A stretch of DNA of 64,000 nucleotides from a virus: IMG/VR virus record IMGVR_UViG_3300013125_000003, positions 1 to 64,000 of that record, one strand, 5' to 3'. The position numbers were made by a program, and so were the translations under genes. Shown here piece by piece: positions 58,330 through 64,000 of the stretch (position 1 is the first letter of the stretch; each line of letters begins with the position of its first letter). The notes under the pieces were generated by a model. The model was not told the origin of the DNA, searched no databases, and saw nothing but the letters and a program-made list of their open reading frames with translations.

Positions 58330-58407
58330 TTACTGGCTTTTCTTTTATTTAATTCAAGTAAACTTGAAGCACATTTTTAGTAATATACTCGAAAAACGGA
58401 GATAGAT

Positions 58408-59319
58408 TTGGCCGAGGAAACTTATTATTCGGTACTTGGAGTAAAAAAGGACGCTAATCAGCACGATATAAAGAAAGCTTTCAGAAAGCTTTCAAAAGAG
58501 TATCACCCTGACAAGAATCCGAAGGGTGAGGAGCAGTTCAAAAAGATCAACGAAGCTTACTCGGTTCTCAGCGATCCGAAAAAACGTCAGCTTTACGACA
58601 CGACCGGTTCCGCAAAGGAACGCGTGCCTCCTGTCGGAGACCCGTACTCAGATTACTTCAGCCAGTTCAGGAACGTCGCGTTCTCGATGATGAACCTTGA
58701 GTACCTGAACATTCACGTTGACCGGCACTTCAAGCTCTCTGATCTCATGAACGGAATCGAGGACACAGTAACCTACTCAATCTCCAAAGCGAGCTTAGCC
58801 ACCTCCAAAGTTGAGGAAAAGAGCATTAAGTACTTTGTCAACATGTCTGAACGCGGTTACCCGTTAGCCATGATAGGCGATAATATAGGAATAGTCGTGC
58901 GCGTGCGCGGGGGAGGTTCCAGCCAGGAAATCGACGGGTTTGACGATGTTTTCAAGAGGCGTCAGCACGGAATAGCGACCGGCGACCTATTCATCAGGAT
59001 CATCATAGACATGGAAGGGCTCGAGATAACCGAGACTTCTGACCTAGTTCAGACGGTTGACGTTTCGGTGTACGACGTCCTGTTCACCGAGGAACTCGTC
59101 CTAGAGAACCCGTTCGGCAAAAAGTACAAGATAAAGACTATCAACTCTCCTGCTCTCTCTAACATTCAGGTTAGAATTCCGGAGCAGGGTCTCGTTTCCG
59201 CTATGGGAAAGCGAGGATCCTACATATTCAGGCTGAACGTCACCAGACCTGACATTTCCAAACTTAGTGAAGAAAAACTAGCCCTTCTTAAAGAATTACT
59301 TAGAGACCTTGATAAATAA
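58408..59319 (+). CDS. dnaJ: DnaJ-family co-chaperone (no Zn finger)
   Basis: [25 protein letters not shown]. Confidence 0.88.
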   Translation: MAEETYYSVLGVKKDANQHDIKKAFRKLSKEYHPDKNPKGEEQFKKINEAYSVLSDPKKRQLYDTTGSAKERVPPVGDPYSDYFSQFRNVAFSMMNLEYLNIHVDRHFKLSDLMNGIEDTVTYSISKASLATSKVEEKSIKYFVNMSERGYPLAMIGDNIGIVVRVRGGGSSQEIDGFDDVFKRRQHGIATGDLFIRIIIDMEGLEITETSDLVQTVDVSVYDVLFTEELVLENPFGKKYKIKTINSPALSNIQVRIPEQGLVSAMGKRGSYIFRLNVTRPDISKLSEEKLALLKELLRDLDK

Positions 59320-59385
59320 AGTTAGCTGAGGGCCCGTATTTTGATACGAGGCTCGCTAATAAATATCAAAAAAGTCTCAACGAAG

Positions 59386-61368
59386 TTGACTAGTACACAG
59401 ATCGGACTTAAAGACCCGGCACTTCTCCAGCAGGACGTAGTCCTCATTTTGGAGAGAGCGAACCAGCCTTTAGGTGTTTCTAAAAACGCCAACGGTGACA
59501 TCATACTGGAAGGGACCTGCGCGGTCTTCGGAAAGATGAATGACAATCACCGAGTGTACGAAAAGCAAGAGTACCTTCCTCACCTGAGTTACCTCATGGA
59601 AAAGATCAAGAAGGGACAGCTTTTCGGCGAGTTAGACCATCCTCAAAGCTTCGACGTTTCTCTAAAGAACGTCTCCCACACAATCGAATCCCTAACTTAC
59701 GACGAACCTTCTAACAGCGTTAAGATCCGACTAAGAGTTCTAGACACACCGAGCGGTAGGATAGCTAAGACCCTAGTGGAAGCAGGATGCACGATTTCCA
59801 GCTCCTCAAGAGCAGCTGGTCAAGTCCTGGAAAGTGGCAAAGTCAAGCTTCATAAGATATTCACGTACGACCTGGTGGCTGAACCTGGTTTCAACGAAGC
59901 TACCTTATCACAGGTAGCTGAGAACCTGCAAGGAAATTACACAATGCTTTTCGAATCACTGAGCACCCTGAAGGCGAATTCCATCACAAATTCGCTTGTG
60001 GACATCTCAGAAAGCTTCGATTTCGAGAATTCTGTGCGGGTTTACAAAATAAATAATCCAAACATTCAGACTCCACAAAATAACGAAAAGCAAATGGCTA
60101 ATGACTTTGTAACAAAAGAGGAAATGAATCAGTACTCACAGGTTGTTAAGAAAAGGTTTCAGACTCTTCAGGAAAAAATCAACCAGAACAACACTGATTT
60201 ACTAGCTCTTGGTGAAAAGGCCGATCAGGACCCAGTGACGGAGAAGCTCATTCAGTTCACCAACTACTTAGCTGGTGAAATGGAACAGATCGTCGAGTTT
60301 ACCAACTACCTGGCCACCATGCTTAACAAGGGAATAGGTTACACCGAGCACGTTGCCGAAAAGGTAAACAACGTGATCGATTACTCAGACTACTTGGCAG
60401 GCATGACGGAACAGAATATCGCCTTCTCAAACTACTTGAGCGAAAAGCTGAACCAGGGTCTCAACTACACCGAGTACGTTGGCGAGATGACGGAAAAGAG
60501 CATCAAGTTCGGAAACTACCTAGCTGAACAGCTGGATAAGGGAATTCAGTACACCGAGTACGTTGCTGAAAAAGCATCGCAAGGTCTGAACTTCTCGAAT
60601 TACTTGGCACAGAACATCAACGAAGCCATTAAGTACGCTGAGTACCTGGGCGGTAACATTAAGAAAGGTATCGCGTACACGGAATACATCGCTGAAACGA
60701 TGAACCAGAAGGTTGGAGCCGGAGCAATGGCTAAGACTCGCAAGCTTCTATCTGATGTAGCTGCTCTCAACGAGAGTGTCGATCACTCAGTTAACGAAGC
60801 TTCCCCAGTCGATGATCTAGTCTCAGCGGTAGATGGAATACTTTCAAACATCAAGTCAAACACGGCTAACGCAGTCCTTGAAAATAAGTACCCGTTCCTG
60901 AAACTCCTCACCGAGGAAAACAAAAAGAAATTTTACGCGCTTGACCCGGAAATCAAAACAGCAGTCGTTGAAACTCTACGTGGAGCGGTGTTCTTCAACG
61001 AAGGTGATGTCATTGGCATCATAGAAGCTGTCATGAACAAGCAGGAAGAAAATACACCTATCTACATCAGGTTCATGCCGGATAAGTACAAGGCTGTTTA
61101 CGAACAGATGAATGACAACGAGAAAAATTGGATCGCTGCTCAAGCTTCTACAGTTCACATCAACACGCCTTACCAAGCTAAAGCGTTCTGGGATTCTCGC
61201 GATCTCAGAGGAATTCACGAAAGAATTGCACAAAGTGCAAGTATAGATAACTCAGTTAACGAAAACCAAGGTAAAGAGGGTTTCATCTCGTTACAAGCAG
61301 TAAACGAAAGCGTACGAGGATATTCTAACTCGTACATTGAGTCTCTCAAACGCAGAGCAAACTCATAA
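59386..61368 (+). CDS. gp21: Prohead protease (gp21-like) fused to a scaffold/core domain
   Basis: N.N.RVY, GELDHP, VSH, DTPSG.IAK.L, SSRAAG, TYDLVAEPGF; ATAAATA 59312 and 59359; likely TTG start 59386. Confidence 0.85.
   Translation: MTSTQIGLKDPALLQQDVVLILERANQPLGVSKNANGDIILEGTCAVFGKMNDNHRVYEKQEYLPHLSYLMEKIKKGQLFGELDHPQSFDVSLKNVSHTIESLTYDEPSNSVKIRLRVLDTPSGRIAKTLVEAGCTISSSSRAAGQVLESGKVKLHKIFTYDLVAEPGFNEATLSQVAENLQGNYTMLFESLSTLKANSITNSLVDISESFDFENSVRVYKINNPNIQTPQNNEKQMANDFVTKEEMNQYSQVVKKRFQTLQEKINQNNTDLLALGEKADQDPVTEKLIQFTNYLAGEMEQIVEFTNYLATMLNKGIGYTEHVAEKVNNVIDYSDYLAGMTEQNIAFSNYLSEKLNQGLNYTEYVGEMTEKSIKFGNYLAEQLDKGIQYTEYVAEKASQGLNFSNYLAQNINEAIKYAEYLGGNIKKGIAYTEYIAETMNQKVGAGAMAKTRKLLSDVAALNESVDHSVNEASPVDDLVSAVDGILSNIKSNTANAVLENKYPFLKLLTEENKKKFYALDPEIKTAVVETLRGAVFFNEGDVIGIIEAVMNKQEENTPIYIRFMPDKYKAVYEQMNDNEKNWIAAQASTVHINTPYQAKAFWDSRDLRGIHERIAQSASIDNSVNENQGKEGFISLQAVNESVRGYSNSYIESLKRRANS
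60049..60096 (+). promoter_or_regulatory. Internal late promoter and in-frame ATG for a nested scaffold product
   Basis: ATAAATA 60049-60055, A-rich leader, ATG 60094 in frame. Confidence 0.55.
60247..60708 (+). repeat. 11 x 14-aa tandem repeat in the scaffold domain
   Basis: GIQYTEYVAEKASQ / SIKFGNYLAEQLDK / GIAYTEYIAETMNQ etc.; 462 nt = 11 x 42. Confidence 0.85.
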
Positions 61369-61386
61369 AAAAAGCCTCAAAAAACA

Positions 61387-63093
61387 ATGGCATCAGTAAA
61401 AATGTTCAAAAGACTGAACGATGCTTCCCTCAAGGAAACTTGGGTACCTGTTTTGGAAAGTTACGGCGCAGATGAGGCCACTCTAAAGTCTCGTCCTTGG
61501 TTAGTTGACGTTGCTCACTACCACGCAATTTTCGATAACGCTGGTTCTCCAGTTAACGAAGCAGTTGTTCCTGGTCTATTTTACCAGCAGCCGGGTTCTA
61601 TCAGTGCAATGGGTTCCATTCACGCCCCGACTAACGCAATGACTCCGTTCTCCGGTTTTGGAACTGGAACGGCAGCAAAAGGCAGCTACTCGAACTCAGG
61701 TTCAGGGGACAAGTTCCCGAGCTTACTTCCAGTTGCAATCCAGGTTGCAGCAAAGACGATCGGTTTCGACCTCGTCGGCGTTGTTCCTATGGACGCTCCT
61801 GTCGGATTCATTCCTTACCTCGACTACGTCTACCAGGGCGGTAATACCGACACCCAGTACGAACCTTTCGTCATCAAGATCGAAGGAGTCGTCGGATCGA
61901 CCGTTCTAACAGCCGGTGGTACCTTCTCACAGCTTATCAGCGGTGACAACCTAACCGTTTCTGACGGTACTGGTAACCTTACCATCCAGTTCGTTGGATT
62001 CTCCCGTGTTGACGGTGTTGCGATGTTCAAAGTTCTGTCAGACTACAGCGACGGAACCAAGAAGATCACGGACTTCATCAAGACCGACGGTGTTTTAACT
62101 ACCGTTACAATCGGTGGTGCAGGATCCGTAAAAACCTACAAGCTGCTCGCAGCTAACGTACCTGGTCTCGCATCAGCTCTAGAAAACCACATCTCTGGTT
62201 TTACCACGACTAGCGATGACGACTACGCTACTCAGCCGTGGAACGGACCATTCCTTGGAGCAAACGGAACTCAGTACGAAGGTATGAAGAGGGAAGTTGC
62301 GGAAGTTTCCAAGTTCCGCCAGATGGGTCTGAAGATGTTCACCAAGTTCGTCGAAGCAAAAGGCGACCAGGTGGCTATCTCAGCATCAGTTGAACAGATC
62401 CAGGACCTTAACAGGGTATGGAACTTCGACGTTATCTCCATGCTGGAGAACGTTGCTGTCAATGAAGTTGCACAGTCCATCAACAAAAAGCTCGTCGACA
62501 GAGTATTCTCTCTTGGAGCTCTCCACACGACCAACATCAACGCAATTGAAGGTGCTGGTATCACTACACTCGACCTAACCGTTGGTTCAGGTTTCGAAAA
62601 CATCTCAACGTTACAGCGTAGGGTCGTTACCAAGATCCTCGAAATGGCTAACCTGATTTATCACAGGGGCCGTTTTGGAGCTGCTACCCACATCGTTACC
62701 AACGGTCGTGTAGCATCCGCTCTCGCAGACGTTGCAGGTTACACCTTCGCACCGTTCAACAACGACCTGCCGTCAGGACCTGGTCAGCTTCACCCAGCAG
62801 GTAAAGTTCACGGTCTGACTGTGTACGTCGATCCTAACCTGAAATTCGGAGACAACCGTATCCACATCGGACGTAAGGGTGCTGACGAAGAACCTGGTGT
62901 AAAGTTCCTACCTTACATCATGGCAGAATCGCTGCAGACTATTTCCGAAGGTACCTTCTCACCGAAGATCGGTCTCAAATCGAGGTACGCTATCACGGAA
63001 GCAGGATGGCACCCGGAAACTCAGTACATCACCCTGACCGTCGCTGGTCTTGGCGTTCTGACCGGATCCGTCGCTCCGTCGGCTGGTTACTAA
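61387..63093 (+). CDS. gp23: Major capsid protein, T4 gp23-like
   Basis: LLPVAIQVAAKTIGFDLVGVVPMDAP.G; EVAQSINK; RGRFG; PYIMA; FSPKIGLKSRYA. Confidence 0.92.
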   Translation: MASVKMFKRLNDASLKETWVPVLESYGADEATLKSRPWLVDVAHYHAIFDNAGSPVNEAVVPGLFYQQPGSISAMGSIHAPTNAMTPFSGFGTGTAAKGSYSNSGSGDKFPSLLPVAIQVAAKTIGFDLVGVVPMDAPVGFIPYLDYVYQGGNTDTQYEPFVIKIEGVVGSTVLTAGGTFSQLISGDNLTVSDGTGNLTIQFVGFSRVDGVAMFKVLSDYSDGTKKITDFIKTDGVLTTVTIGGAGSVKTYKLLAANVPGLASALENHISGFTTTSDDDYATQPWNGPFLGANGTQYEGMKREVAEVSKFRQMGLKMFTKFVEAKGDQVAISASVEQIQDLNRVWNFDVISMLENVAVNEVAQSINKKLVDRVFSLGALHTTNINAIEGAGITTLDLTVGSGFENISTLQRRVVTKILEMANLIYHRGRFGAATHIVTNGRVASALADVAGYTFAPFNNDLPSGPGQLHPAGKVHGLTVYVDPNLKFGDNRIHIGRKGADEEPGVKFLPYIMAESLQTISEGTFSPKIGLKSRYAITEAGWHPETQYITLTVAGLGVLTGSVAPSAGY

Positions 63094-63122
63094 GAACTAA
63101 TAACACCTTAATTGGTGATACT

Positions 63123-63150
63123 AAAAGGGCTCCGTTTGGAGCCCTTTTTT
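63123..63150 (+). terminator. Terminator after the capsid gene
   Basis: AAAAGGGCTCC-GTTT-GGAGCCCTTTTTT. Confidence 0.85.
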
Positions 63151-63204
63151 AGTTTTGTAAGATTGACACTGATAAATAACTTAGCGAGCGATCGCGGTAA
63201 AAAA

Positions 63205-63633
63205 ATGAAAAACGACATGACTAAGTCTGTTCTGAGCTACGACGAGTTTATCCTAGAAAAGAAGATGAACCAGGAACTGTCAAAGGGAGCTCCGGCTAAA
63301 GGAAACAAAATTACCAAGCAGGTTGACGACGAAACGTCAGACCTTCCAGCAGGAAAGGGAAAAGCTACCCAGAAAACGGTAAAGCCTAACATGGCTGACA
63401 TGCCTAAGGGTAAGGGAAAAACGATCGCAAAGAGCGTTAAACCTGGAACCACAACTCTTCCGACGAAGAAAGGTTCTGCCCCTAAGAAGATGGTCGACAC
63501 CAAGGCCGAGACCAAGTTGGTCATCAAGGGAAAACCGATCAACAAAGAAGTTAAACCAGAAATGGCAAAGCTCCCGATCGGATCGGTAAAACCTAACCCG
63601 GCAGTTAAGAAGGTATCTCCTCTTAAAAAATAA
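63205..63633 (+). CDS. Lys-rich repetitive late protein with targeting-like N-terminus (putative internal DNA-binding protein)
   Basis: ATAAATA 63172-63178; KSVLSYDEFILE; about 20-aa LPxGKGKxxxKxVKP repeats. Confidence 0.7.
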   Translation: MKNDMTKSVLSYDEFILEKKMNQELSKGAPAKGNKITKQVDDETSDLPAGKGKATQKTVKPNMADMPKGKGKTIAKSVKPGTTTLPTKKGSAPKKMVDTKAETKLVIKGKPINKEVKPEMAKLPIGSVKPNPAVKKVSPLKK

Positions 63634-63644
63634 GCGAAGCTCTA

Positions 63645-64000
63645 ATGGGAAATAAGAACACGAAAGCTTACGCAACCTTCGAAGCGTTCGACAATGACGA
63701 AGCTAACGAACTTCGGCTGAACAACAACTTGGACGATCCGATCGAAGTTGTTTTTCGTGAAGGCCGGATGGGCTTGTCAAACGAGGACGACCCGGACACG
63801 GCGTACAGAAAAGGACTGGAAGACATGTACCATTACATGCTATCAAAGGTCGTTCCTGAAGTAGACGAGAACATCGTTACTGAGGAAAATTCTCTGAAGA
63901 CGCTCGTAGGAAAATCCGACGACGAAGAGCTCGACCTGGACGATGCTAGAACGATAGGAAAGAAGATCTCCAAGATGCACGGTGACGATCGCAAGAAATT
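63645..64000 (+). CDS. Acidic late protein, runs off the window
   Basis: MGNKNTKAYATFEAFDNDEANE...; frame open to the end. Confidence 0.6.
   Translation, partial: MGNKNTKAYATFEAFDNDEANELRLNNNLDDPIEVVFREGRMGLSNEDDPDTAYRKGLEDMYHYMLSKVVPEVDENIVTEENSLKTLVGKSDDEELDLDDARTIGKKISKMHGDDRKK

Noticed and set aside
1-64000. Genome-wide TAG-to-Gln recoding (code 15)
   Set aside because: Core genes are intact under code 11, and at least six genes end plausibly at TAG, several abutting neighbouring genes.

Overview
This window looks like part of a large T4-like (myovirus/jumbo) phage genome. The host is probably a Bacteroidota bacterium, inferred from A-rich starts without Shine-Dalgarno sites and a Bacteroidota-style outer-membrane protein and lipoprotein. 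The left third is accessory: translation and RNA-repair genes, two tRNAs, a glycosyltransferase, SLT, a DinG helicase, a SET protein and ClpC. The rest holds T4-core homologues (neck gp13, gp25, portal gp20, gp2, gp4, primase, split DNA polymerase, UvsW, UvsY, baseplate gp53/gp5, protease-scaffold, major capsid gp23) plus a glycosylation island with a carrier protein. The main candidate new system is an amber (TAG) read-through circuit at 1-6.9 kb. It comprises a Trp-type tRNA with CUA anticodon, two Met-Lys-TAG mini-leaders, a PTH2-like hydrolase, a GGQ-less release-factor remnant and a late LamG gene split by one in-frame TAG, while TAG remains an ordinary stop elsewhere. Second, about 15 mostly late-expressed proteins carry a T4 capsid-targeting-like tag (h-x-x-[FY]-x-[EDQN]-[FY]), and the nested scaffold contains 11 tandem copies of a similar motif. 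Two promoter classes (AAC-N16-GTAWAA and ATAAATA) and a gene enclosed by a 12-bp long-range inverted repeat were also seen. All calls come from manual motif reading; no database searches were run.
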